DNA of 64,000 bases. It comes from Blepharisma stoltei ATCC 30299. Taxonomy: Eukaryota > Protista > Ciliophora. The notes under the pieces were generated by a model. That model was given only the letters and a program-made list of their open reading frames with translations, did not search any database and was not told where the DNA came from. A program made the translations under genes and the position numbers. Positions 34,422-46,577 of this stretch are shown here, in pieces (the stretch's first letter is position 1; the number at the start of each line of letters is the position of its first letter). Location: positions 310,001 to 374,000 of the forward strand of contig CBFDEM010000027.1 of assembly GCA_965603825.1 (NCBI GenBank), written 5' to 3'.

Positions 34422-37400
34422 ATGTTACCAGCAAAAGGCAATAGTACTGACGTCTTTTCACGCTCAAGCTTTCAAATCGAAGGTGAAATTCATTACAAAT
34501 ACGCTGAGTTCACCCTCAAAAGCACTTACAAAAACCTTTCTTCTAATGCAATCGAAGGAGAAATCATTATTCCGATCATTTCTGATTTTCAGCTATACAA
34601 CTTCTTGTGCAAGATTGATGGGAAAAGCTGCGACACTAGCCTAGTAGAAAATACTCCTCCACTAAAGACTTATGATAATGCAGCCATTGATCAAAAAAAC
34701 AAATATATCTTGCAGCAATTAGAAAAAAGCGATTTATATTTATTTAATCTTGGACTCATCGAACCAAACTCAGAAATCTCATATGAAATTTCATATGCTT
34801 GCAAAACTGAAGAGCAGCTAGTAGAAAATACTTTTAAATTAAAAATTCCTCATGAATTTTTCCAACACGTTGATGAAGAAGATAAAGAAATCCTTTCAGG
34901 GAGATTTGTTATAAAGAATCCATTGTCAGATCAAACAGAAACTCATGACTTAGAAATCGGCAACTATATTGTTCTAGACAACAAGCATTATGCAGCAGCA
35001 TTACAAAATATTGATAGAAAGCAAGACTTAGAAATTACTTATTATTATGAAACCCCAAAAGTACCTTTTGTAATTGTACAAGAAGATCCTAGGACTAATA
35101 GGCATGCTTTTCATTTGTCATACACCCCTGATAAAAGCTTAACGAATCTTAGTGGATGGGAACAAAAAGGTGAATTTGTGTTGATCCTTGACAGATCAGG
35201 CTCTATGTCTGGCGCAAGAATTAAACTTGCCAGAGAAGCAGCTGCTTTATTCATCCGTTCTCTTCCAGAAGACTCATTTTTTAACATTGTTAGCTTTGGC
35301 TCCTCTTACAACAAAATGTATAATGAAAATAAGAAATATGACTCTTGCACAGTAGAAGAGGCTACTAGAACAGTAATTCAATATGATGCTAATATGGGAG
35401 GAACAAACATCTACGACCCTATCAAATTTGTATTAGAATCTCCAAGAAAGCCAGGATATCCATTGAGTATCTTTTTATTGACTGATGGAGACGTTGAGAG
35501 AAGAGACCAAGTTTTAAATATAATTAAAGACAAAAGAGATGGGGCTAGAATCAGCACAATTGGCATTGGAAATGATTATGAAATTTTAATAAATCAAGCT
35601 GCAAAAGAAGGAAATGGAGTTGCATATAGAATCAAAACTGAAAATGAAATTAAACCAGCTGTTATTGGCTCACTTAAGCAATCTTTAATTCCTGCTCTTA
35701 CCAATATCCAACTTTCAGATTACAGCAAATTTGATTTTGTAAACCCAAGCACTCCTTTCCACATATATGCTGGAAGCTCTATTGATATTGCTGGTATATG
35801 GAAGGCAGGAGTATTCCCTGAGAAAATTTATTTCCAATATTATAGCGAAATTATAGGAGTCAATGAAAATGTTGACATTGAAATAAACCAGGATGAGATT
35901 GTTAGTCACAGTGCAATAATAGCAATTGAAGGGAAAAATTGGACTGGATCTCTTGGTGGCAATAATGAAAGGATGAATCTAAAAGTAATCGATTATCTTG
36001 GAATTCCAGGTCTAGTAAAATACCTGAAAAAGCCTGCTAGTGTATTTGGAACCGGTGGATTATTTGGAAATACAGCTTTTCAGGGTGGGCTATTTGGAAA
36101 CACAGCAAATCAAGGAGGACTATTTGGAAACACAGCAAATCAGGGTGGGCTATTTGGAAATGCACAAAATCAAGGTGGGTTATTTGGAAATACAACCAAT
36201 CAAGGAGGAATGTTTGGAAATACAGCAAATACTGGAGGATTGTTTGGAAATGCAGTAATACCACCTAGAGCTGCTTCAAGAGTTAAAAGGGCAGTAAAAC
36301 CTAAAGTTGCTCGAGCTAAAAAACCTCAGCCTCAAGCAAAACAGCAAGATCCTCAAAGTCCAGCTACAGCACGGACACTCCGAAGCTCAAAGAAAGTACC
36401 TGAAGCAGCCATTCCTACACCAGCAACAAAAAGACGAAGAGTTGCTCAGAAAAAACTAATAAAACAAGCCATGAAAATCGATCAATTTATGATTCCAAAA
36501 AATAAAATACAAAGAATTGTCAGAGATTTTTCTGATGATGTAGTTCCCAATATGAGAATCAAACAAGATGCTTACAAAGCATTCCAAGAAGCTGCGGAGG
36601 CATATTTAATTGAAGTCTTTACAATGTCAAATGATGTTGCTGATGATAATAAAAGAATTACTGTAAGAGATGTAGATATACAAGAAGCAATCAAAAAAAT
36701 TGATAATGAAAAAATGGATATTGAAGAAGAAGAAGAAAAGAAGCCAAAAGGTAGAGGGAAAAAGCAAGCAGTCGTAAAAGAAGAGAGCGAAAGTGAAGAA
36801 GAGCAACCATCACGAAGAACACGATCTGGTAGAAAATTCTCTGAAAAGAAAATTGAACCAAAAAAAGTAAAGAAACAAGCTAAGACACCTTTTAAAGTAG
36901 CTAAAAAAGAAGAAAGTGAAGAAGAAATGCCAACAAGAGTTACAAGGTCGGGGAAAAAAATCTCAGCAAATCAAACTCAAGTGAAGAAGCAAACCAAACC
37001 TAAAAAAGAGATAGATAAGGAAGAATCTCAAAATATCACAGCAAAATCACCTAAAAAGCCTCAAAGAAAAATAGACGTCACTGTATTTCCACAAAAAAGA
37101 GGAAGAGGTAAAAATGACAACCCTGACCCACCAACCAAAAAAATAAAAAATCCTAATGATATTAACACTGCAAGTGAGCAGACAACTCAGCCACAAACAC
37201 CAATAAGCCCGCCAGCATATACACCATGCTCAAATCCGTGCATTGATGTTGGATATGAAGTCGAAAAACTGATGCATTTACAAAAGATTGATGGACATTG
37301 GAGTTCATCATCTGATCTATCTGATATTATCAATAATTTGGTTTGTTCTAAAATTGATATAACAAATATGAATGACAAAAGAACAACTGCATTGGTTGTA

Positions 37401-37517
37401 GCTGTTTTAGATGAAAGATGTCATGACTACATATGCTTGTGGGATTTAGTTGCAGTAAAGGCAAGAAGATGGATGGGGAAGAATAAGCAAAGCGAAATGA
37501 AGCTTGCTGATTTTTAA
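34422..37517 (+). CDS. VIT-vWA (VWA5A/PARP4-type) protein with GLFG repeats and a histone H3-like fold, 1031 aa
   Basis: VIT (Y.N....IE...I.P....L..F...IDG), vWA MIDAS DRSGSM, GGT.I, LLTDG; GGLFGN repeats; H3-like IPK..IQRIVRD..FQEAAEAYL..RITV..DIQ; C-terminal LQ..DG.W...WDLV..KA..W. Confidence 0.88.
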   Translation: MLPAKGNSTDVFSRSSFQIEGEIHYKYAEFTLKSTYKNLSSNAIEGEIIIPIISDFQLYNFLCKIDGKSCDTSLVENTPPLKTYDNAAIDQKNKYILQQLEKSDLYLFNLGLIEPNSEISYEISYACKTEEQLVENTFKLKIPHEFFQHVDEEDKEILSGRFVIKNPLSDQTETHDLEIGNYIVLDNKHYAAALQNIDRKQDLEITYYYETPKVPFVIVQEDPRTNRHAFHLSYTPDKSLTNLSGWEQKGEFVLILDRSGSMSGARIKLAREAAALFIRSLPEDSFFNIVSFGSSYNKMYNENKKYDSCTVEEATRTVIQYDANMGGTNIYDPIKFVLESPRKPGYPLSIFLLTDGDVERRDQVLNIIKDKRDGARISTIGIGNDYEILINQAAKEGNGVAYRIKTENEIKPAVIGSLKQSLIPALTNIQLSDYSKFDFVNPSTPFHIYAGSSIDIAGIWKAGVFPEKIYFQYYSEIIGVNENVDIEINQDEIVSHSAIIAIEGKNWTGSLGGNNERMNLKVIDYLGIPGLVKYLKKPASVFGTGGLFGNTAFQGGLFGNTANQGGLFGNTANQGGLFGNAQNQGGLFGNTTNQGGMFGNTANTGGLFGNAVIPPRAASRVKRAVKPKVARAKKPQPQAKQQDPQSPATARTLRSSKKVPEAAIPTPATKRRRVAQKKLIKQAMKIDQFMIPKNKIQRIVRDFSDDVVPNMRIKQDAYKAFQEAAEAYLIEVFTMSNDVADDNKRITVRDVDIQEAIKKIDNEKMDIEEEEEKKPKGRGKKQAVVKEESESEEEQPSRRTRSGRKFSEKKIEPKKVKKQAKTPFKVAKKEESEEEMPTRVTRSGKKISANQTQVKKQTKPKKEIDKEESQNITAKSPKKPQRKIDVTVFPQKRGRGKNDNPDPPTKKIKNPNDINTASEQTTQPQTPISPPAYTPCSNPCIDVGYEVEKLMHLQKIDGHWSSSSDLSDIINNLVCSKIDITNMNDKRTTALVVAVLDERCHDYICLWDLVAVKARRWMGKNKQSEMKLADF
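36054..36254 (+). repeat. 30-nt coding tandem repeat encoding seven GG(L/M)FGN units (10-aa period)
   Basis: GGLFGNTAFQ GGLFGNTANQ GGLFGNTANQ GGLFGNAQNQ GGLFGNTTNQ GGMFGNTANT GGLFGNA, with synonymous variation between copies. Confidence 0.95.
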
Positions 37518-37642
37518 TATAATAAATAATATCTTATCAATTAAATAATTTGGTGATATATAAATTATGAATCTGAATTATTAAGAATTTTATCAATTTC
37601 ACATTATTTTTAACCAATAAAAAATGTAAATGATTAAGATCG

Positions 37643-40078
37643 TTATAAGTTTTCTTCATCGCTATTTTCTTCTTTACTTTGCAAAAGCTTATCAAGGTTA
37701 ATAGGAACTCCTTTTCCCGGATTTGATTTTCGGCTTATAAAATTAAGTCCTTTTCCAGTCAGCAAGTTATGCTTAGTAAAATCATCAGTAGTTTTTTCTT
37801 TAGTGTTGAACGCACATGCTCTTTCTTTTTCAATTAAAGTTTTTTCTTGTGCCATCATTTCATTCCTCTTCAAATGCACATCATATTCCAGCTTATTTAA
37901 ACTTTCTTCTTTAGCCTTAAGCATTTCATGCTCTTTTTTTAAGTTAATTTGAGCTTCCTTAATTTTTTCTTTTTCTGTATTTATTTCAATTTCTTTTTTC
38001 TTTAATTCTTCTGTTTTTTCTTCAATTTCCCTGTTTTCTATTTCTAAATTAGAGATCATGATGTTTATGCCATTTTCCCTTTGTTGGACTAGGCTTAGCT
38101 TTTCTTGGCATTCCTCTAATACCTCCTTTTTGATAGCTTCCTTCATTTGTCTTCTATCTCGTGAAAGAATAGCTTCAAGGTCAATATTTTTCTTTTTAGA
38201 GTCTTCTAATAGTTGCTTTAATGATATAATTTCCGATTGTAATGCATTTATTTCGGTATCATCTTTTTGGAAAAGCATTTTTTCTTCAAGTTCAGATTTT
38301 TGCTTTTTAATTGTGTCTTGATAAGCAGAAATATAACTATCAGATTCTTTTAGATGATTTATGTAGCTTTCTATTTCGAGCTTTTGTGTCTCGATAATAT
38401 TTTTGAGATCCTTTTCATAATTTTCAAACTCTTCTGTTTTTTCTTGCTCTTTTCTAAAATATTTATTTTCAATTTCTTTTTCTACAGCCTCATAGTAATT
38501 TTTTTTGAAATTTTCAAAATCTGCCTCTTTTTGCTTTAAATCAAGCTTCATATTTTCATATAATTCGCTTTTGCTTTTCAAGACTTCAAGCTTATTTTCA
38601 TAATCTTTTTGCAGAAATTCTTTTTCTATATCAAGATCTTTTGCTTTCTTTTCATAGATCTGAATTTTATTTTCACCATTTTCTTTTAGCTCCTCTGCTT
38701 TTTTCATTTGTTCTGATATTTTCTCTTTCATGAAATTATTTTCTTCCTCTTGCTGCTTTTGATAAATCTCAAACTCTTCTTTTTCTGCTACGAATGATTC
38801 TTTGGATTTTTCTAATAAAAATCTTTGTCGATCTAATTCGATATCCTTTTCGTTGATTTTCTTTTCTTTTTCGCTCAAAGAAAACTCAATAAGCTTTATT
38901 TCACTTAATTTTTTATCAATATCTTTTTGTTTCATCATATACTCAGTGTCATTTTTTTCTTTTATTGAAATTAAATCAAATTCTTTTTGGCTATTTTTTT
39001 TCTCTTTTTTTCTTATAAGCTTTTCTTTTTCTGCTACTTCTCTTTCCTTTTCAGAAATTTTTCTATCAATCTCATCAAATCTTTTTTCCCTTTCATTTAG
39101 TTTTTCTTCTCTATATTCAATCATTTTTTCTCTCTCCATGATTTTTCGTTCTCGCTCTTTTAAATCCTGCTCCTTTTCATAACAATTTTTTTCTCTTTCC
39201 CTGATTTCTTTTTCAGTTTCTTTTTGATTTTCTTTTATTTCTGTTTCCATTTCATTTATTCTCATGTCAAGCTCATTTAATTCACTTTCTTTGATTTTCA
39301 ATTCGGTTTCTTTCATTTTTACTATTTTTTCTCTTTCTTTCAGCTCTTTTTCAGTATCTTCTAATCTTTCTTCTTTTTCTATGGCCTTATTTTTATTTTC
39401 CAGATTTTCTTCAAACATTTTATTCGCTTGATCTTGCCTTTCTTTAATTTTCTTTTCTTTTTCTTTAAGCAATGCATCATATTTTGCTAAAAATTTTTCT
39501 GTTTCTGCTAGTTTGATTTTTGCTCTTTTGATTTCTTCATATTCGATTTCCATGCTGTTTTTCATTTCTTCTAAAATTTCTTTCCCTTTTTTAGCTGATC
39601 ATGACTCTGTGGATGATGAATTCAAACTTAAAGCGATTTTATTTAAATTCTCTTTGGTTTTTTCAATATCATTTTTTTCTATGAGCAGCTTATCGACAGC
39701 CTTTTGTATATATTTGATAGTATTTTCAAATGACTCTTCATCTATATTAAAAGAAAAGCTGCCATCGATTCTTTGAATTTCTCCTTCAACCCTCTTTACT
39801 AGTCTCTCATCAAATGTTCTTGAGCTTTGGTTTATCAATAAATCCTCGAGAATGCTGCAATCTCTTTCAGTTTTTTTGTACATCATATCCAAACTTGCCT
39901 GCTCATATGTAGGAATATTGTTCATGACTAAATGTGGAACTCGCGGCTTTGGAACTGTGCTTGATAGAGTTCTTGGAGTTAGAAAAACTCGAGGCGAATT
40001 TCGTTTAGAATTAAATGCCGAATTTCTTCGGTTTACAAAGTCTGCTGATCCATGTGTTCGAATTGGAGAGTCTGTCAT
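37643..40078 (-). CDS. Long E/K-rich coiled-coil protein, 811 aa (TGA=Trp at 39599)
   Basis: ORFs 39599-40078 and 37643-39565 join in frame via TGA. Confidence 0.8.
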
Positions 40079-40355
40079 ATTTTAAGAAAAATTATTACAT
40101 TTAAATGAATATAAATTTATTTTAATCAAGTTTAGCAAAAAGGAGATTTGGTTTCTCCCTGCAAACTTCTATGACGTATAAACTTGGCTATTACGTATTT
40201 TCAACTTTCAAATATTTTAATTTTAAAATCTAAATAAAATCTTTTATTAAAAATTGAAAAGTTTATTTTTAATTAGCTTAAATAAGCTTTCTAATATTAA
40301 AAATCTTTAATATTTAGTATTTTACAATAAAATTTTAGAATTTTATAATTTCTAA

Positions 40356-42557
40356 ATGGAAAGACTTGACATTGGGATCCCTAGAGGATACTGGTCAACA
40401 ATAAACTGCAAAGGAGATCTGCCTCGACCAAAAAGCGGCCATTCAGCTGTACAGTACAAAGGTCGAGAAATGTATGTTTTTGGTGGATTTGATGGAAACA
40501 CAGTCTTAAATGAGCTTGGGTGTCTAGATCTCTATACACAAACATGAACAAAACTTCATGAAGAATCCAGTCCAGGCCCTAATATGCCTTCACCAAGATG
40601 CTCTCATGCAGCTGCTATTAATAAGCAAACTGGTTGTATGTATATTTTTGGAGGTAGTGGGCAGCATTTTGGATATTCTAATAAAGCTGATTTGTTCAAA
40701 TATACCATTAGTACTAAGGCGTGAAATGAAGTTTTATGTATTGGAGAAGCTCCAAGTGCAAGATATGGACATTCTATGCAATGCATTAATGGTAATTTGC
40801 TTATTTTTGGCGGATCAGATGGGTTCAAATTTTTCGGTGATTTGTATTTACTTGACTTAAGCAATCTTATCTGGCAAAAAGTAAAAACAAAAGGCACTTC
40901 TCCACCTATAAGATACAAACACAGCGCTTTATGCTATGGAGATAAAATGCTGATTATTGGCGGAGGAGATACTACTTCCCATTATGGCGATGTTTGAACA
41001 TTAGATTCTACTTTTACATGGTCTCAAATTTCTAATAATATTGTTCCTTCAGGAAGATCATGCCACACAGCAGAAATCTGCGGAAATGAGATTTACTTAT
41101 TTGGAGGAGGCCTTGAAAAACGATATGCCGATCTATGAAAATACTGCTTAACAAAAAATGAATGAACCGAAGTGGCTCAAAGAGGCCCTGCACAGCCACC
41201 AAGAAATTTTCACTCATCTGTACTATGTGATGAATATATTGTTTTATTCGGAGGAAATTTAAACCAAGATACAAATAATAGGTCAAATGATACTTTAGTC
41301 TATAGGCTAGCTGACTATTTACCTGTTTATAGATCGCCTCTATTGCAATTGGAAGAATGGTTAGATAGACCTGGCACTCATGCTGACACAAGGTTGATTT
41401 TTGAAGATGGCGAATTATATTCTCAGCAGTCCTTATTGAAATTTAGAGTGCCTTTGCTTCATCAATTTATTGAGCAATTTGGAAACCAAAAATTAATAAG
41501 AGTTCCTTGCAGTATCAAAATAGGAAGAGCTTTATGCAGTTTTATATATAAAGATGAGCTTGATATGACATTAAATACAACAGATGCTTTGAATCTCCTA
41601 TCAATCGCGACGAAATATGGAATTTCATCATTAATGACCAAGATAATTTTATATTTATTTTATAATGTATCTCATGAAAATGTTATAGAAGTTACAAACT
41701 GTCTTAGTCAAAATAGTATAGGCGGTATTTTGCATAGAAATGAACTTAGAGCTAATAGAGCTAAATATATTCACGAGCAAGGGCATAGGCCAGAATTATC
41801 AAGTATGATAGCTTCTGAAAATTTAGAAAAGCTCACAGAAAAACTATATTTTTCTTATATAAAATATATAGTAGAATTTTTTGAGGATTTGCAAAGGAAA
41901 AGAATTTATTCGCCACAAAAAGTTGAAAGCATTGTCAATATAGACGTGCAAAACCAATTAAAAAAGAAAAAAGATAAAAAAGTTAAAGAAGAAGGTAAAT
42001 TTTTGATATTTGATGAAGAGAATAGCTTGTATAACAGTTTGGAGCTTTTACATAATGATGATCAATCAAAAGATCTTACATTAATAGCAGAGGGAGGAGA
42101 AATAAAGGTGCATTCTTTTATGATGGTTTCTGGGAGCATCTTTTTTAGATCATTAATATTAAACCCATTTGCAGAGTCTCAAGAAAATCAAATTCAAATT
42201 GATACTGTCCCTATAGAAGCTTTAATCCCGTTAACAAAATACATTTATTTAGGGTCTCAAGGAATAAAAGAAATTTCTATAGAAGAGCAGTCACAATTAG
42301 TCCCTTATGCTGATTATCTTCAGCTTACAAATCCAGATTTAAAAGATATTATAGGCGCTTCAATTGATGATATAATATCAAAGGAAAATGTTTTTGAGTA
42401 CTTAAATATTGCGCATCAAATGCAAGCTGCAGTGATGAAGAAGAAAATCATAGAGTATTTCATTGAAAATTATGCAGAGTTTGTAGAAAGAGAAGAAATG
42501 TCAGCTCTTCCTGTGGAAATTTTAGTAGAGCTTCATAGATGGAGAGCCAAAATATAA
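40356..42557 (+). CDS. Kelch-repeat + two BTB domain protein (LZTR1-like), 733 aa (five TGA=Trp)
   Basis: P..R.GH, YVFGG and W motifs of about six Kelch blades; TGAs at 40545, 40722, 40995, 41136 and 41163 sit at Kelch Trp positions; BTBs ADTRLIF.. and KDLTL...IKVH...S.FFR.L...F.ES. Confidence 0.9.
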
Positions 42558-42942
42558 AATAAATCATTAAGATAATAATAATTAAAAAAACAAACTGCTA
42601 ATCCTTTAGTGAGAGAACAGTAATCAAAAATATTCTTGAGTTTTGAGAAAATTCACCTTTCAATGGCAATAATATTTTTTATATAAATATTTGCTATGCT
42701 ACTAATAATTATCATAAAAAACTATACAAAAATTTGTAACCCATAAAGAGATTAAAATTAGATTTAAAAACTTTATATAGAATTTGAGATATTAAGATTT
42801 TAAAAAATCGAGAAAAAAAATTACGAAAATTATATATATAATTTTTTAAGCCCTGCAAGCAAACAAATTTTTATTGAATGTATAATGGGCAGCAGTTATA
42901 ACAAAAGATAATAAAAGCAGTAGAATTAAAATTAATTGTCAA

Positions 42943-44976
42943 TTATAAACATGTTAATAACTGATAGACTGCTTGCGTTTTTTCTGATAATTCTCGCTTC
43001 TTTAATTCAACTTCATAGTCAATTTTAGTTTCTTTTTCGAGCAGAAACTCTTCTTTTTTCTTGATTTGATCTAATTTTTTCAATAGCAAAAACTGGTCCC
43101 TTTCTATTTCTTTTTGCTTTAACTCTAAATTTTGCTTCAAATTTTGTATGAAAATCAACTCTTTCTGTACCATCGGTATCAGTTGATTGGCATCAGGCTG
43201 CTTCATCCATGTCTTATGAAGCCTCATTTCTTTGTCAAAAATTTCTTTTTCTTTTTCTTCTAATCTAATTTCTTTAAGCCTTAAATGTTTTTTAAGGTTT
43301 TCTATCTCTGAATCTATTGCAAGGTTAGAATTCTTTATAATTTTTGGATTTGGGATTGGAGGTTTGACATTTAAATTTGCCTCAGAAACTGAATTAATAA
43401 GTTTATCATGAGGTAGAGGTTTAGGCGACTTGTCTAAATTTTCCAATTTATGGAATATTTTGGTATTATCAGATATAGGCTCTGGGGTAATGGATGAAAT
43501 CATAGGCATTTTTGGTGCAGGAGATGCTTTTCTGATGTCACGAGTTTCAAACTGCTTTTCCATACTATGTATTGCATTTTTTATAGAGTTTGAATGTACC
43601 TGGAAATTATTCAAAGCCTTAGCAGAGCGTAAATTTGATATCTGGGTTTTTATGCGATTTATTTTTATCACCACAGAATCAGCGTTTTCAGGGATTGTGC
43701 CTTGCAATAAAGCTTGGGCTTTTTGAAGCTCTTCATATAATGCTTGAGCATTTTCATCAGTAATTGGATCTGGAGTGCTATCTCTTAAGTCCAAATAACT
43801 TTTTTCTGTTTTATGACGGCCTTTAATAGTTCTTAGTCATTCTCCTGAAGGCTCTCTGCTGTGCTGAATAAAGGTGGATTTAATCTCATCCTTTATTTTT
43901 ACTTGTTTTTCTTCAAAGATCCTTTTTTCTTCATTAAATTTGCTGATATCTTTTTCCAACTCTGCTGTTTTAATTTTTATTAAATTAGCTTGTTGTTGAA
44001 ATAAATCAGTCTGCTGTAATAGTTGATTTAGTTTTTTATTATATTGATTTTTTATGACTTGGACCTCATTAATTTGCCATTCCAGCTCTTCTTTTATTTT
44101 TTCATTTTTTTTGAGTTTTTGGAGATCTAAGTGAAAAGCCGGCCTTTCGGTTTTAGAGAAAAGATCAAGTGTACTTTTAGTTAGCTCCAAAGAGTTTTCA
44201 CTATTGAAGCTTGCAGAATAGTCATCAAATGATCTCTCGTAAGTCTCTGTAATGCTATTTTTCAACGCTTTTCCAAAATCAAACACATCTTCAGGGATTA
44301 AACTTTTTCTTTTTAATTCTTCTATTTCATTTTCCAACTGACTTATACAGGCTTGTTCTAACGATATACTTTTTTGATTTGTTAAAGTTTTAACAGAAAG
44401 ATGGTTCAGAATTTCTTGAGTCAAATTTGACTTATCAGGAATAATTAGATCGAGATGTTCAATAGAAACATTCATAGAAATTTCCCCAAATTTTAACTCT
44501 CCGTGATAGACTTTATTTGTTTCTGTATCATCAATAATTTGCTTAGCATCTGAAATTAGTTTGTAAATATCATTGAGAGAGCATTTTATTTCATACCGAA
44601 ACTTATTTTCTTCTAGATTTTCATATTCAAGCTCTTCAATAGCTCTCATTTCATGAGATCTATAGTCTTCTAAAGTCATTGATACCCTATCCAAATTCAA
44701 AATTAGTCCTTCAATATTATCCAAAATTTCTTCATCTTGGACTGTATCACATACTCATTCACGATCGCTTGCGATTAAGTCAGGCTCACTTTCTAATGAC
44801 ATCATATAAGTGCAATTTCTTTTTGAGCGCGGCTTAAAATCGGAATATCCTTCAAACGATCTCTCTTTATCTGACTGGATGCCAATCATCATGGACTGTA
44901 TTGTCGAATTTAATCTATCTATTTGAAGATCAAGGGTATCATTGTCAAGCTTATAGTTTTTTCCATCAGACTTCAT
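42943..44976 (-). CDS. Coiled-coil hypothetical protein, 677 aa (two TGA=Trp)
   Basis: Three track ORFs in one frame joined at TGA 44755 and 43837. Confidence 0.8.
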
Positions 44977-45115
44977 ATTAAAATTTAACTGAAAAACAGC
45001 TTTAAGAAAATATGCCTAATGATAGTAAAATCTTTTTATAATTAATGAGGATTAATTTTATCTTGAGCAGTATAAACTCTGAAATCTTAAATTTAGTAAT
45101 TTTATATTAAATATA

Positions 45116-46243
45116 ATGGTAGAAGCCGAATTATCTCCAGCTGAAATTGAAAGGTATCATAGGCAGATTCTATTAAGAGAATTTGGTCTTGAAGGACAGA
45201 AAAAACTAAAATCTGCAAAAGTTCTTGTAATTGGAGCTGGAGGACTTGGATCTCCATTACTTTTATATTTAGCTGGTGCAGGGATTGGAACAATTGGAAT
45301 AGTTGATGGCGACGTAGTCGAGACCATTAATCTTCATCGTCAAATTATTCATTCTTCTAACAATTTAAAGATAAATAAAGCAGAAAGTGCAAGGCGATTA
45401 TTGCAAGAATTAAACCCAGAAATTAAGTTGGAAATTTATACACAATGGCTAACTGGAGAATCAAGTGCCAGTATTGTTCCAGGATATGACATTATTGTTA
45501 TTGCGACTGATAACGTAGAAAGCCGATATCTAATAAGTGATTTAGGAGTTTATTATAAGAAACCTGTGATATCAGGTAGTGCGCTTAGGTGGGAAGGTCA
45601 GCTTACTGTATTTTCTCCATCTCCTTGCATAAGATGTTTATTCCCCCAGCCAACACCTCGGCATGCTTGGTCTAAAGCATCAGACATAGGAGTTTTAGGC
45701 CCGATCCCAGGCGTAATCGGCACTCTTCAAGCTATAGAAACAATCAAACTCATCCTTGGGCTACCTGTATTGTCTCGAAAGCTCCTAATGTACGATGGTT
45801 TATCTTGCCAATTTAAACTCTTTCAGCTAAGAGACACAAGTCCCACCTGCCCAGCTTGTAGTGGCCAAATAAATCCTCACACCTTCAACTATGCTGAATT
45901 TCTGGGACAAATTCCAGCTATCCCAAGCATCCCAGACAAGGAAATAAATTGCGCAGAATTAAAAAGATTAATAGAACTAAAAAGAGTGCAAATTATTGAT
46001 GTGAGAAATTCGAATCATTTCAATATTTGCCATATAGAAAACTCAATTCATATTCCAATTCACGATGTAGAAAATTCAAGTGAAATTTTCAGTTCAAATG
46101 AGCCTTTAGTGTTTGTGTGCAAAACTGGAGCAGATTCAGCTAGAGCTGTAGAGAAAGTTGAAGCAAGAGGAATAGAAGCAAGCTACTTGAAAGGTGGACT
46201 TGATGCATGGAAAGAAGCAGAACCGAGTTTTATTATATTTTAA
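45116..46243 (+). CDS. MOCS3: Adenylyltransferase/sulfurtransferase UBA4/MOCS3 (ThiF + rhodanese)
   Basis: ERY.RQ..L, VLVIGAGGLG, NLHRQ, CIRCLFP, CPAC; rhodanese IIDVR...CKTG.DS, GGL.AW. Confidence 0.93.
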   Translation: MVEAELSPAEIERYHRQILLREFGLEGQKKLKSAKVLVIGAGGLGSPLLLYLAGAGIGTIGIVDGDVVETINLHRQIIHSSNNLKINKAESARRLLQELNPEIKLEIYTQWLTGESSASIVPGYDIIVIATDNVESRYLISDLGVYYKKPVISGSALRWEGQLTVFSPSPCIRCLFPQPTPRHAWSKASDIGVLGPIPGVIGTLQAIETIKLILGLPVLSRKLLMYDGLSCQFKLFQLRDTSPTCPACSGQINPHTFNYAEFLGQIPAIPSIPDKEINCAELKRLIELKRVQIIDVRNSNHFNICHIENSIHIPIHDVENSSEIFSSNEPLVFVCKTGADSARAVEKVEARGIEASYLKGGLDAWKEAEPSFIIF

Positions 46244-46504
46244 TTCCGTCGTTTTTAATAAGAAAAATGGTTTATGACATATAAAATATTTTAAGCATGC
46301 ATATGTCAAAAGATTTCATAGAGCCAAAAAACTAAAGATCAGCTGGATTTTAAATGGGAGTAGGGTTTTACAAAAAGAATAAGAATATAAAAAAAAATTG
46401 ATACTTTATCTGATTTCACGAAATTTTAGGTAAACGCAATCCTTTGGAAGAAAAAATTTCTCTTTAGCAAATTTAAGCATTAATTATTATTAGCAAATAC
46501 ACAC

Positions 46505-46576
46505 GGCTCCATGGTGTAAGGGTTAGCACGTGAGCCTACGGAGCTTATAGTCGGGGTTCAATTCCCTGTGGAGTCG
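46505..46576 (+). tRNA. tRNA-Arg (anticodon ACG)
   Basis: Acceptor GGCTCCA/TGGAGTC, D-stem GTGT/GCAC, anticodon stem TGAGC/GCTTA with loop CT-ACG-GA (46538-40), T-arm CGGGG-TTCAATT-CCCTG, discriminator G. Confidence 0.95.
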
Positions 46577-46577
46577 C

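Noticed and set aside
36054-36254. CRISPR-like or mobile-element repeat
   Set aside because: In-frame 30-nt period with synonymous variation and no unique spacers; it is a protein repeat in a eukaryotic gene.
45116-46576. Functional link between UBA4/MOCS3 (tRNA thiolation) and the adjacent tRNA
   Set aside because: tRNA-Arg(ACG) has A34 (inosine), not the U34 thiolated by the Uba4/Urm1 pathway; adjacency is probably coincidental.
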